Origin: Eledone cirrhosa
Lineage: Eukaryota
Direction of reading: 5' to 3'
Assembly: GCA_964016885.1 (NCBI GenBank)
Contig: OZ024741.1
Location: forward strand, 106,330,001 to 106,394,000
DNA length: 64,000 nucleotides
The translations under genes were made by a program, and so were the position numbers. This document shows, one piece after another, positions 22,992-40,405 of this stretch (positions are counted from its first letter, which is position 1; the number at the start of each line of letters is the position of its first letter). The notes under the pieces are model-generated. The model saw only the letters and a list, made by a program, of their open reading frames with translations. It searched no databases and was not told the origin of the DNA.

Positions 22992-23582
22992 TATGTCTCA
23001 CTATGAGGGTTTTAAACTGTGATCATGTCAGCTATCTCAGTAGCTATGTGAGGATGTCAGACATGTATTTCTAGATTTTTTAATCTATCATCTCAGTACT
23101 GAGGTTCATTTTATTTGTCTTTTGGTCTATTTAATTGTTTATTTTGTACTTAATCATTTAATGTTTATTGGTTCATAATGCTTAGTTTTTGCTTCAACCT
23201 GGTATTATTTGGTTTCAAACTTAGTCTATTCGTTTGTTTGATGGGGTTAGCTGGTATTTATGTGTTGCTTAGTATAAGTTTCTGATTTAGTTTTACTTTA
23301 ATATTTATTATCTTATGTTTTAAAGAGTTTGGTTTAAACTTTTATCATTAGTTAATCATTACACCCATACCAGTAATTCATGTAAGTTTGGTTGTTGCTG
23401 TACAGGGAGTGTTTTAGATATAGTTCTGAAGGGTATGATTAGTTTTATTTATTGTCTAGTGTGGGTAAGGTTGAGTGTAGGTATATGGAATGCATTGGTT
23501 TAGAGTTGATTTTTTTGCATTTAAGTATTTTCATTGTCCAAACTGACCTGGGGCCAAACAACAGTAACAACTAACACCAGTG

Positions 23583-23645
<63 letters not shown>

Positions 23646-23649
<4 letters not shown>

Positions 23650-25988
23650 TCCTCATCATCACCACCGTTTTACGTCCGTTCTTCCACGCTAGCATGGGTT
23701 AGGCGAGTTGTCCGGTCGGCTGACCATGCCTTGCTCATACAGGAACTGATTTTGGCTTGATTTCTACAGCTGGATGCCCTTCCTAACACCAACCTCATTT
23801 ACAGTGAGTGCTGGGTGCTTATTTCATGGCGCCTACACGTCCTCTTTACAGTGTAGGCTGGGTGCTTTTTTGCCGTGGCACCTCCACGACCACTTTGCAG
23901 TGGGAGGGTGTGGGGGCATATTGTCTATATGCTTTAGCTTCGGCTTGTGCCCGTGGGGGGTCGGGTCTTCTGTATTACTGCATGATGCCAGAGGTCATGG
24001 TCGTGTGCCATCACCTTTGAGAGGTATAATTGGGTAAGGTTGGCTTTTATCACCTCATCCCAGGTCTTCTTGGGTCTCCCCACTTCGCGGTTTCCATCGA
24101 CTTCTAGTGCTCTGCATCTTTTAATGTAACTGTCATCCTTCATACGCATCACATGTCCATACCAACGCAACCTCCTCTCCTACACACAGCATTTGATTCC
24201 TCTTATGCTCAGTCTCTCTCTCAATTCATTTATGCTTTGCTGTTCACATATATTACTATTACACATCCATTGGATCATGCAGGCTTCGTTTCTTTCTAAT
24301 CTACACAAGTCTTCCACAGACAGCGCCCAGGTCTCACTACCATGTAACATTGCTGTTCGTATACACGCATCATACAGTCTGCCTTTCATTTGGAGGGAAA
24401 AGACTTTTGCAGCTAGCAGTGGCAGTAGCTCCCTGAACTTCTTCCATCCCATTCTTACCCTAGTTAATGTACTTTCTGAACACCCACCTCCGCTGCTAAT
24501 TTGGTCACCTAGGTAGCAGAAGCTGTCTACTGTTTCTACAGAACCCTCCCAGAGATTGGTGGTACTTGTTTCCTGTGGCTGTTTGCTGCTTGCTGTCCCA
24601 GCACAGCTGCTGCATGTGAAGCCTACATTCTTAATTAAGCTTCCTGAGATCCCGCTACATCTCTTGTGTACCCATTGTTTGCATTTAGGGCAGAGAATGG
24701 AGTTCCTACCTACACCTTTCCTACATACTGAGCAAGGCCATTTCCCTGAGGGGATCTGGGTTCTGTTTTCTCGTCTACTTACAAGGACCTTAGTCTTTGT
24801 CATGTTGACTTTGAGACCCTTTCTTTCTAGTCCCTGCTTCCAAGTTTGGAATTTCTTCTCTAGTTCTACCATAGATTCAGCTATAAGTGCGAGGTCATCA
24901 GCATACAGGAGTTCCCATGGGCATCCGGTCTTAAACTCCTCCGTTATTGCCTGCAGGACTATGATGAACAGGAGGGGGCTAAGAACAGAGCCCTGGTGGA
25001 CGCCAACCTGTACGCTAAATTCCTCGCTATACTCATTGCTAATCCTAACTTTGCAGACTGCTCCCCTATACATGGCTTGTATAGCTTTCACAAGCCATTC
25101 ATCTACTCCTAGTTTTCTAAGAGCCCACCAGATTACAGCATGTGGAACTGTCAAAAGCTTTCTCAAGGTCGACAAATGCCAAGTAGAGTGGCTTACCTTT
25201 AGCTAGGTACTTTTCCTGTAACTGCCTCACAAGGAAGAGGGCATCAGTGGTGCCTCTTCCTGGTACAAACCCAAATTGCATCTCATCTAGTTTCACACGG
25301 TCCCTAATCAACTGTGCTATAACTCTTTCTGTTACTTTCATGACCTGGTCCATCAGCTTTATACCTCTATAGTTTCCTCTATCTAGTGCATCACCTTTAC
25401 CTTTGTAGCAGTTGACAATGATGCTACTATACCAATCCTTTGGTGTGACACCTTCTAGTATTACCTGGTTAACAATACGTATGGTTATGGTGTGACCTAC
25501 CAACCCAGATGCCTTCAGCATCTCGGCAGCTATACCTGATGGACCGGTTGCCTTCCCGTCTTCATATCTTTGATTGCCTTACTTACTACGTTGCTGCTGA
25601 CTCATGCTGCTGGCCCCTCTATAGGGTCTACTTGGGGTAGGGTCTCTTCTTCCCATGCATTCTCCTCATTTAGTAATCTATCATAATGGCTCTTCCACGC
25701 ATCTTTCTCTCCAGCACATCTGAGGGCAAGCTCACCTTTATCATTCCGGATACACTTCTCTCCAATGACATCACAATTCTCTCTGACACATTGCCTTGCA
25801 ATCTTAAACACCCTGTTTCTGGTCCTCACGTTGCAAAACCTGCTTGAATTTTCTATCCTCTGCTTCCCTCCTAGCTAAGTATACTTGTCGCCTAGCTTCC
25901 CTCCTGGTCTCTCTGTAATATACCCTGCTTCCCCCGTTCTTCCATTCTTTCCATACCTGTCTCTTGGCCTTAACTGCTTCATCTACCT
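23646..25988 (-). mobile_element. 5'-truncated RTE (family B-related) with stops and frameshifts
   Basis: ORF pieces 25602-25829, 25117-25521, 24180-25175 (YADD, PHD-like finger) and 23934-24170; tail next to (TA)n. Confidence 0.93.
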
Positions 25989-25991
25989 ACC

Positions 25992-26022
<31 letters not shown>

Positions 26023-26409
26023 GTATTGAATTTTCCGTTGAAAATTAAAAAAGTCATAGGAGTGAAGAGTGCTCTATGTAAGTACCAGAGCAAAATTTAA
26101 TGTATAATAAACAATCCAATATAATACCAGAGGTTTCCCGAATAAGGCGAATACGAAAAAAAAAATGTACTCATTCGTTCGTCGGACAAGGTAATATAAA
26201 ACAGTGAAATATTTGGAAAGTCTCATCAAGAAATGCAAAAAATATATAAATAAAAGTAATGCAAGAGATATATTAAAAAATATAGAAAAATATACGAAAA
26301 ATATAAGGAAATATAGTTAGGTATGTATATATGTATGTATATACACTCACAAATGTACATATGTGTGTATGTACAAATGCATGTGTATGGTGAAAATGTG
26401 TGCGTAAGT

Positions 26410-26982
26410 ACATATATTATATATATATATTATATATATATATTATATATATTATATTATATATATATATTATATATATATATATTATATATATATATTA
26501 TATATATATATATTATATATATATATATTATATATATTATATTATATATATATATTATATATATATATATTATATATATATATTATATATATATATATTA
26601 TATATATATTATATATATATATTATATATATTATATATATATATTATATATATTATATATATATTATATATATATATTATATATATATATTGTATATATA
26701 TATATTATATATAATATATTATATATATATATATATTATATATATTATATATATATATATATTATATATATTATATATATATATTATATATATATATTAC
26801 ATATATATATCATATATATATATATAATTATATATAATATATATATATAATATATATATATAATATATATATATATTATATTATATATATATATAATATA
26901 TATATATAATATATATATTATATATATATAATATATATATATAATATATATATATAATATATATATATATATTATATATATA
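26410..26982. repeat. Interrupted (TA)n array
   Basis: Seen directly. Confidence 0.96.
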
Positions 26983-27340
26983 TTGTTATACTTTGGGAGG
27001 GTCAACACACACACAGAAACAAAATGGCGTAGGACAGAACAAAGGAGAGGCACAGAAACAAAGAAAGGAATCCCCAGTCACTGAAGAGGTCACAGAGTGT
27101 GTGACGAAAGAACTATGACTATATATAAACAACTATCTGGTTGTGGAACCAACCAACCAACCAACCAGAAATTTATAAATTTATAAATTTATTATAAATA
27201 TATTATAATAAACTGAAGTGAAAGCAACTGGTGCATGTGTTTCTTATTGGCAACATGACCCTCCCAAAGTATAACAATATCGGTTTGAACACACGATTTC
27301 AGATAAAGAATCTTGCTAAACAAATTCAGAAACGAATTAT
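26983..27340 (+). mobile_element. Solo Penelope-like pLTR fragment with a 22-bp inverted 5' piece and a hammerhead motif (27076-27120)
   Basis: Near-identical to 63558-63884; begins with ttgttatactttgggagggtca, the reverse complement of its own sub-terminal sequence. Confidence 0.88.
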
Positions 27341-27361
27341 ATATATATATTATATATATAT

Positions 27362-27395
<34 letters not shown>

Positions 27396-27436
27396 ATATA
27401 TATATATTTTATATATATATATATTTTATATATATA

Positions 27437-27494
<58 letters not shown>

Positions 27495-27543
27495 ATATAT
27501 ATATATTATATATATATATATATTATATCTATATATATTATAT

Positions 27544-28182
27544 ATCATCATCATCATCATTTTACGTCCGCTTTTCCCTGCTTGCAAGGGTGGGACGGGT
27601 CTTATTCAGCACAGCATCTCTCCACTCGTCACGGTCCCTCGTCATCTCCACCATGAGCTTCAATGATCTGAGGTCTGTTCTCACCACCTCCGCCCATGTT
27701 TTTCGTGGTCTACCTCTACCACGTCTTCCTTCAACTGGCAATTCCTGGCACTTCTTCACCCATCGGTCTTCCTCCATGCGCATCACATGTCCATACCACC
27801 TCAGTCTCCTCTCCCGTACACTACATTCCATCCCTCTCAGACACAGTTTCTCTCTCAACACATTTATGCTGGGTCGTTCACGCACATTTACACTGCACAT
27901 CCAACGGAGCATGCTTGCCTCATTTCTCTCCAGCCGTCGCATATCCTCTGCAGTTGCTGCCCATGTCTCACTACCATGCAGCATCGCGCTCCTCACACAG
28001 GCATCATACAACCGGCCTTTCGTATGCAGGGAGAAACCCTTCTTTGTCAACAGAGGAAGCAGCTCCCTAAACTTCTTCCAACCCGTCCTTATTCTAGATA
28101 CTATGGCCTCGGAACACCCTCCTCCCATGCTAATCTGATCTCCTAGGTACCGGAAGCTATCCACCACTTCTATAGCGCCCTC
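27544..28182 (-). mobile_element. 5'-truncated RTE (family C)
   Basis: 201-aa ORF VDSFRYLGDQISMGGGCSE...[20 protein letters not shown]...GRPRKTW; very short 3' UTR and (ATC)n tail. Confidence 0.92.
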
Positions 28183-28607
28183 TAAAAATTTTTAACGAGA
28201 TCTCTGGGGAAGAAGGTTTTTTTCTTTCGAAAGAAATTTTTTTCTCTCGGGGGAACTTCTTGGGAAACTTTATAGTTTTCAGGGAAACTTTATATCTTTA
28301 TTTTTTATTTTATTTTATTAGTCTCTTAATCTCTTCTAGTTTGTTAAATTTATTGGGGCTCGTAAGCTTTATGCACTTATTGAGGGATTTTTTAGGGTGC
28401 TTCTACGAGATCCCAAGTCTTTTACTTTTAATACGTAAATTATAAATTATCTAATTTTTAACCTTCAACCCCTGACTCTCAGGACATTTTTAAATTCTCT
28501 TAACTCCCCATAACCCATCCCTTTTACAATTCCGACAACTAATATAAAGGAGTCCCCTTAGAATATAGACCCCAAATATACAAGCGGAGCTGCTGATGTA
28601 TACCACA

Positions 28608-28797
28608 ATTTCAAACTGCTAGTCTTAAGTGATACGTTGATGTAAATAATTGTTTCTACTTTAGGCACAAGGCCAGCAATTACCCAGTGCATTACTGGTA
28701 CTTTATTTGTAATGCACTGGGTAATTGCTGGCCTTGTGCCTAAAGTAGAAACAATTATTTACATCAACGTATCACTTAAGACTAGCAGTTTGAAATT
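28608..28797. repeat. ~90-bp-arm inverted repeat incorporating a SINE-A 3' end
   Basis: aatttcaaactgctagtc...cccagtgcattac is mirrored by gtaatgcactggg...gactagcagtttgaaatt. Confidence 0.88.
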
Positions 28798-28837
28798 TAC
28801 GTTGATGTAAATAATGAACTTACAATCACATGTTATA

Positions 28838-28884
28838 TGCCTTGAAAAGTCCCACCATATGGTCGGGCGAAACGGCTGTCGGCA
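28838..28884 (+). ncRNA. Type-I hammerhead motif with U3:A8 variant core
   Basis: TGCC-TTGAAAA-GTCC-caccatatggtc-GGGC-GAAAC-ggct-GTC-GGCA. Confidence 0.68.
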
Positions 28885-28931
28885 ATAAACTTGTTATAAT
28901 GTCATAATAGTTCCTTTGTTCTTTTTCATTA

Positions 28932-28964
<33 letters not shown>

Positions 28965-29275
28965 ATTATATATATATATATTATATATATATATATTATA
29001 TATATATATATTATATATATATATTATATATATATATTATATATTATATATATATATATATTATATATATTATATATATATATATTATATATATATTATA
29101 TATATATATATATATTATATATTATATATATATATATATATTATATATATATATTATATATTATATATATATATATATTATATATATTATATATTATATA
29201 TATTATATATTATATATATTTATATATTATATATATTTATATATTATATATATATATTATATATATATTATATAT

Positions 29276-29382
29276 AATCCCGCCGAGGTTAACTTTACCT
29301 TTCATCCTTACGGGGTCGATAAAATAAAGTACCAGTAATGTACTGGGTAATTGCTGGCCTTGTGCCAAAAGTAGAAACAATT
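29276..29382 (+). mobile_element. 5'-truncated SINE family A
   Basis: aatcccgccgaggttaacttt...gtagaaacaatt within (TA)n. Confidence 0.85.
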
Positions 29383-29418
29383 ATATATATTATATATTAT
29401 ATATTATATATATTATAT

Positions 29419-29481
<63 letters not shown>

Positions 29482-29511
29482 ATATATATATATATATATT
29501 ATATATATATA

Positions 29512-29856
29512 TCATCATCATCATCATCATCATTTTACGTCCGCTTTTCCCTGCTTTCAAGGGTGGGACGGGAACTGATTCTGGCTTGATTTCTACAGCT
29601 GGATGCCCTTCCTAACACCAACCTCATTTATAGTGAGTGCTGGGTGCTTTTTTGCCGTGGCACCTACACGACCACTTTGCAGTGGAATGATATGGACCCC
29701 AGTCCCTATCATCTCATTTCTACAGCTGAGTAAACTGGAGCAATGTGAAATAAAGTGTCTTGCTCAAGGAAACAACACATCACCTGGTCTGAGAATTGAA
29801 CTCACAATCTTTCGATTGCAAGGCCAATGCTCTAACCACTAAGCCATGTGCCTCCA
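29512..29856 (-). mobile_element. SINE family B (RTE-tailed)
   Basis: Reverse complement of the 8848 head; tail ends like RTE family C, with (ATC)n. Confidence 0.85.
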
Positions 29857-29898
29857 TACATTATATTATATATATATATATATATTATATATATTATA

Positions 29899-32756
<2,858 letters not shown>

Positions 32757-32783
32757 ATATTTTATATATATCATATTATATAT

Positions 32784-32818
<35 letters not shown>

Positions 32819-32837
32819 ATTATATATATATTAAATA

Positions 32838-33164
32838 TATATATATATTATATATATGGAAAGTTATATTTAAATTGTTGGGTTACAACTAGTAAATATT
32901 TATAACTGATATAAAAGCACTCGACAAATATTTGGAGTATATTTACAATATTAAATAAATGGAAACTATATTTATAAAACCATATCTATTTCATTATAGA
33001 TGTAGATGTTGTTACGGTATGTCGAATCTATTTATCTATAAAACTGTTTATATTGTATTTTGTCTGAGGAAGGCATAGCATATTGTTAATATGATATCCC
33101 TGAAATATATATAATGAAATAGATATGGTTTTATAAATATAGTTTCCATTTATTTAATATTGTA
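32838..33164. mobile_element. Partial fold-back element with a hammerhead motif (33056-33121, +)
   Basis: Arms 32944-32997 / 33110-33164; TATTTTGT-CTGAGGA-AGG...CATATT-gtt-AATATG...CCT-GAAA-TATATA-TA-ATGAAATA. Confidence 0.65.
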
Positions 33165-34677
<1,513 letters not shown>

Positions 34678-34680
<3 letters not shown>

Positions 34681-34825
34681 CGGTGATTGCAGTATCGGTA
34701 GAGGGTCGGACGCCATGCTTTCCAGCATAGTTACGTCCCTTTACGATCTGAGTTCAAATCCCGCCGAGGTTGACTTTGCCTTTCATCCTCACGGGGTCGA
34801 TAAAATAAAGTACCAGTAATGCAAT
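34678..34825 (+). mobile_element. SINE family A (3'-truncated)
   Basis: Same head and body as 20644. Confidence 0.85.
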
Positions 34826-34876
34826 TGTATATATATATAATTATATATCATCAATTATATATATATATATTATATA

Positions 34877-35087
34877 TCATCATCATTATCATCAACGTTT
34901 AACGTCCGTGTTCCACGCTTGCATGGGTTTGGACGGGGGTAGTCCCACTTGAGGCAAGAGTGATTGTCTTGCTCGCATAGGACTGTCTGGCAGGTTTTCT
35001 ACAGTTGGATGCCCTTCCTAACACCAACCACATTTACAGTGTGGGTCTGGGAGGTTTTTACCGTGTTGCCTACACGGCCACATTACA
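34877..35087 (-). mobile_element. RTE family A 3'-UTR fragment
   Basis: Reverse complement of ~4010-4210. Confidence 0.85.
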
Positions 35088-35126
35088 TATATTATATATA
35101 TATTATATATATATTATATCATTAAT

Positions 35127-35418
35127 TCATCATTTCATTTTACGTCCGCTTGTCCCTGCTTGCAAGGGCTTGGACGGGAACTGATTCTGGCTTGATTTCT
35201 ACAGCTGGATGCCCTTCCTAACACCAACCTCATTTACAGTGAGTGCTGAGTGCTTTTTGCCGTGGCACCTCCACGACCACTTTACAAGTGAGTAAACTGG
35301 AGCAATATGAAATAAAGTGTCTTGCTCAAGGAAAAAACACATCACCCCGGTCTGAGAATTGAACTCACAACCTTTCGATTGCAAGGCCAATGCTCTAACC
35401 ACTAAGCCATGTGCCTCC
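35127..35418 (-). mobile_element. SINE family B, internally shortened
   Basis: Same head and tail as 29512-29856. Confidence 0.82.
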
Positions 35419-35479
35419 ATATATATATATATTATATATATATTATATATATATATATATATTATATATATATATTATA

Positions 35480-35522
<43 letters not shown>

Positions 35523-35610
35523 ATATTATATATTATATATATATATATATTATATATTATATATATATATATATTATATATATATATATTATATATATAT
35601 ATATTATATA

Positions 35611-35678
<68 letters not shown>

Positions 35679-35699
35679 ATATATATATTATATATATAT

Positions 35700-35807
<108 letters not shown>

Positions 35808-35904
35808 ATATATATTATATATATATATATATATTATATATATATATATATATTATATATATATATATACATATATATATATTTTATATTATATATATAT
35901 ATTA

Positions 35905-36751
35905 TCTATATATATAAAACTGTGGTTGTCTGTCTGTCTATCGATTTTTGGCACACATCTCCTCTTAGAATCTCTCACGGAATTGCACCGAAATTGCTAG
36001 ACTTGTACATTCAGCCCTAGCGAAGACATCGGAAAAAAAAAATTTCAAATTGACCCACCCTATGTGACGAAATCGAATATAATGTATCGATTTTTGAGCG
36101 TAAGTTATCAGTTATTTCCCTTTGTTCTGTTTACATTGAGCGTCTTACGTAAAAAATTACGCTGGCTTTCTCAGCGTTTAAAATGACATTAACACAATAC
36201 ACGAACATTCGAACACTAAGCTTCCGTTTTGCTTCATTTCCATTTAAAAGCATTTTAAAACAATATTTTTACTTGAAAACAAGTCTATTTAAAGACTACG
36301 TAAAACAAGCAAATATTTCAGGCGTGCAGACAGACAATCGTGCAGAGAGGTGATATAGGCGTGCAGACAGACAGTCGTGCAGAGAGGTGATATAGGCGTG
36401 CAGACAGACAGTCGTGCAGAGAGGTGATATAGGCGTGCAGACAGACATAACTGATAATTTGGTTACGCTAATGTTTTTTCTCTGCGTTGCAGTGTTTACA
36501 TTTTCGATCTTTGTTAATAAATAACCAGTGCAGTTTCTATCCCCAGCATCCTCTTTTGTTATAACATTCGGGTTATCGTTATGTTTCTTAACTTCATAAG
36601 GCATATTGTTGGTTGAGGGAATATTAATAAAAAACACCACATGCAAGTCTGCACAGTAGACACTACAGTTTTTAGCCAAGAAAGAAACTTAACATTGTAA
36701 CTTTAATACAGCTACTGAGCGACCCCGAGCAACGCCGGGCTTTACTGCTAG
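35905..36751 (+). mobile_element. Non-autonomous Helitron
   Basis: 5' A|TC..., 3' hairpin cccgagcaacgccggg then CTAG|T, no TSD; internal 37-bp minisatellite (3+ units). Confidence 0.85.
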
Positions 36752-36792
36752 TATATTATATATATATATATATTATATATTATATATATATA

Positions 36793-36831
<39 letters not shown>

Positions 36832-37154
36832 TATATATATATATATATTATATATATATATATATTATATATTATATATATATATATATTATATATTATA
36901 TATATATTATATATATTATATATATATATATTATATATATATATATTATATATATATATATTATATATATATATATTATATATTATATATATATATATAT
37001 TATATATATATTATATATATATATTATATATATATATATTATATATATATATATTATATATATATTATATATATATATATTATATATATATTATATATAT
37101 ATATATATATTATATATTATATATATATATATATATATTTATTATATATATATT

Positions 37155-37199
<45 letters not shown>

Positions 37200-37298
37200 A
37201 TATATATTATATATATATATATATTATATATATATATTATATATATATATATTATATATATATATATATTATATATATATATATATATTATATATATA

Positions 37299-37343
<45 letters not shown>

Positions 37344-37688
37344 ATATATTATATATATATTATATATATAATATATAATATATATATTATATATATATAT
37401 TATATATATATATATATATTATATATATATATATATATATATTATATTATATAGATAAATCTACCAAGAGTTTACGGTATATATTATATATATATTATAT
37501 AATATATATATTATATATATATATTATATATATATATATATATTATATATATATATATATATATTATATTATATATATATTATATATATATATATTATAT
37601 TATATATATATTATATATATATATATTATATATATATATATATCTATATATATATATTATATATATATATATTATATATATCTATATA

Positions 37689-37890
37689 GTTTTTAATATA
37701 GATGAGATTCTACAGGACTAGAACTGTTTCATTCATTAGAAATCATCAGGAATCTCCTGATGATTTCTAATGAATGAAACAGTTCTAGTCCTGTAGAATC
37801 TCATCTATATTAAAACTTTTATACTCTGCTATGTATTGAGTACCTTACTTACTGTGGTTACCTCCGATTCAACCCGGAATAACGTATATA
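37689..37890. mobile_element. Fold-back hammerhead element (~60-bp arms plus ~70-nt one-sided tail)
   Basis: Essentially perfect inverted repeat over ~37689-37817 followed by a tail; embedded in (TA)n. Confidence 0.82.
37704..37756 (-). ncRNA. Type-I hammerhead ribozyme motif, intact core
   Basis: Minus strand: GAGATTC-CTGATGA-T-TTC-taat-GAA-T-GAA-ACAG-ttctagtc-CTGT-A^GAATCTC (7-bp stem I, 4-bp stem III, GUA site). Confidence 0.82.
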
Positions 37891-37898
37891 TCTATATA

Positions 37899-37930
<32 letters not shown>

Positions 37931-38027
37931 TATATTATATAATATATATTATATATATATATTATATATATATTATATATATATATTATATATATATATT
38001 ATATATATATATATTATATATATATAT

Positions 38028-39956
38028 TCATCATCATCATCATCACCGTTTTACGTCCGTTCTTCCACGCTAGCATGGGTTAGACGGGTTGTCCTGTTGT
38101 GGGCAGTGTCTGGTCGGCTGACCATGCCTTGCTCATACAGGAACTGATCTGGCTTGATTTTCTACAGCTGGATGCCCTTCCTAACACCAACCTCATTTAC
38201 AGTGAGTGCTGGGTGCTTTTTCGTGGCGCCTACACGTCCACTTTACAGTGTGGGCTGGGTGCTTTTTTGCCGTGGCACCTCCACGACCACCTTGCGGTGG
38301 GGGGGGGGGCATATTGTTTATATGCTTCAGCATGTACCCATGGGAGGTCGGGTACCCTGTATTACTGCGTGACGCCAGAAGTCACGGTCGTGTGTCATTG
38401 ACTTTGAGAGGTGTAGTTGGGTAAGGTCGGCTTTTATCACCTCATCCCAAGTCATCTTGGGTCTCCCCACTCCGCGGTTTCCATCAACTTCTAGTGCTCT
38501 GCACCTTTTTATGCAGCTGTCATCCTTCTTCATACGCATCACATGTCCATACCAGCGTAACCGCCTCTCCTGCACGCAGCATTTGATTCCTCTTATGCTC
38601 AGTCTCTCTCTCAATTCATTTATGCTTTGTCGTTCACGTATATTACTGTTACACATCCATCGGAGCATGCAGGCTTCGTTTCTCTCTAATCTACGTAAGT
38701 CTTCCACCTTCAGCGCCCAGGTCTCACTACCATGCAACATCGCTGTTCGGATACACGCATCATACAGTCTGCCTTTCATTCTGAGGGAGAAGCCTTTTGC
38801 AGCTAGCAGTGGTAGTAGTTCCCTAAACTTCTTCCATCCCGTTCTTACCCTAGTTATTGTACTTTCTGAGCACCCACCTCCGTTGCTAATTCGGTCACCT
38901 AGGTAGCAGAAGCTGTCTACTGTTTCTACAGGGCCCTCCCAGAGATTGGTGGTACTTGTTTCCTGTGGCTGTTTGCTTGCTGTTTCAGCACAGCTGCTGC
39001 ATGTGAATCCTACATTCTTAATTAAGCTTCCTGAGATCCCGCTACATCTCTTGTGTACCCATTGTTTGCATTTGGGGCAAAGAATGGAGTTCCTACCTAC
39101 ACCTTTCCTACATACTGAGCAAGGCCATTTCCCTGAGGGGATCTGGGTTCTGTTTTCTCGTCTACTTATAAGGACCTTAGTCTTTGTCATGTTGACTTTG
39201 AGGCCCTTTCTCTCTAGTCCCTGCTTCCAGGTTTGGAATTTATTCTCTAGTTCTACCATAGATTCAGCTATGAGTGCGAGGTCATCAGCATACAGGAGTT
39301 CCCATGGGCATCCGGTCTTAAACTCCTCCGTTATTGCCTGCAGGACTATGATGAACAGGAGAGGGCTAAGAACAGAGCCCTGGTGGACCCCAACCTGTAC
39401 GCTAAATTCCTCGCTATACTCATTGCCATTCCTAACTTTGCTGACTGCTCCCCTATACATGGCTTGTACCGCTTTCACAAGCCATTCATCTACTCCTAGT
39501 TTTCTAAGAGCCCACCAGATTACTGCACGTGGAACTCTGTCAAAGGCTTTCTCAAGGTCGACAAATGCCAAGTAGAGTGGCTTACTTTTAGCTAGGTACT
39601 TTTCCTGTAATTGCCTCACAAGGAAGAGCGCATCAGTGGTGCCTTTCCCTGGAACAAACCCAAATTGCATCTCGTCTATATTCACCCGGTCCCTAATCAG
39701 CTGTGCTATAACTCTTTCTGTTACTTTCATGACCTGGTCCATCAACTTTATACCTCTATAGTTTCCTCTATCTAGTGCATCGCCTTTACCTTTGTAGCAG
39801 TTGACAATGATGCTACTGCACCAATCTTTTGGTATGGCCCCCTCTAGTATTACCTGGTTAACGATACGTGTGGTTATAGTGTGACCTACAGACCCAGATG
39901 CCTTCAGCATCTCGGCAGCTATACCCGATGGACCGGTTGCCTTCCCTATCTTCATA
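38028..39956 (-). mobile_element. RTE family B copy running into the assembly gap
   Basis: Near-identical to 12978-14909; ORF open up to the Ns. Confidence 0.93.
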
Positions 39957-40156
39957 NNNNNNNNNNNNNNNNNNNNNNNNNNNNNNNNNNNNNNNNNNNN
40001 NNNNNNNNNNNNNNNNNNNNNNNNNNNNNNNNNNNNNNNNNNNNNNNNNNNNNNNNNNNNNNNNNNNNNNNNNNNNNNNNNNNNNNNNNNNNNNNNNNNN
40101 NNNNNNNNNNNNNNNNNNNNNNNNNNNNNNNNNNNNNNNNNNNNNNNNNNNNNNNN
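39957..40156. other. Assembly gap (200 N)
   Basis: Seen directly. Confidence 1.
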
Positions 40157-40336
40157 TCCCAGCCCCACACTGTAAATGTGGTTGGTGTTTGGAAGGGCAT
40201 CCAACTGTAGAAAACCCGCCAGACAGTCCTATGCGAGCAAGACAACCACTCTTGCCTCAAGTGGGAAAACCCCCGTCCAAACCCATGCAAGCGTGGAACA
40301 CGGACGCTAAACCTGATGATGATGATGATGATGATG

Positions 40337-40338
<2 letters not shown>
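40157..40338 (+). mobile_element. RTE family A-like 3' end
   Basis: 3' UTR core and (GAT)n tail. Confidence 0.85.
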
Positions 40339-40390
<52 letters not shown>

Positions 40391-40405
40391 TATATATATA
40401 TATTA

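Noticed and set aside
23150-23520. Possible decayed Penelope RT fragment on the minus strand
   Set aside because: Only a vague compositional and motif resemblance; cannot be supported without an HMM search.
26200-26235. Possible minus-strand hammerhead (TTGATGAgac...)
   Set aside because: No correctly placed GAAA or supporting stems.
36320-36447. 37-bp repeats as a CRISPR-like array
   Set aside because: Head-to-tail units without unique spacers inside a eukaryotic Helitron; a minisatellite.
38327-40204. 625-aa ORF spanning the Ns
   Set aside because: Joins two different elements across an assembly gap.
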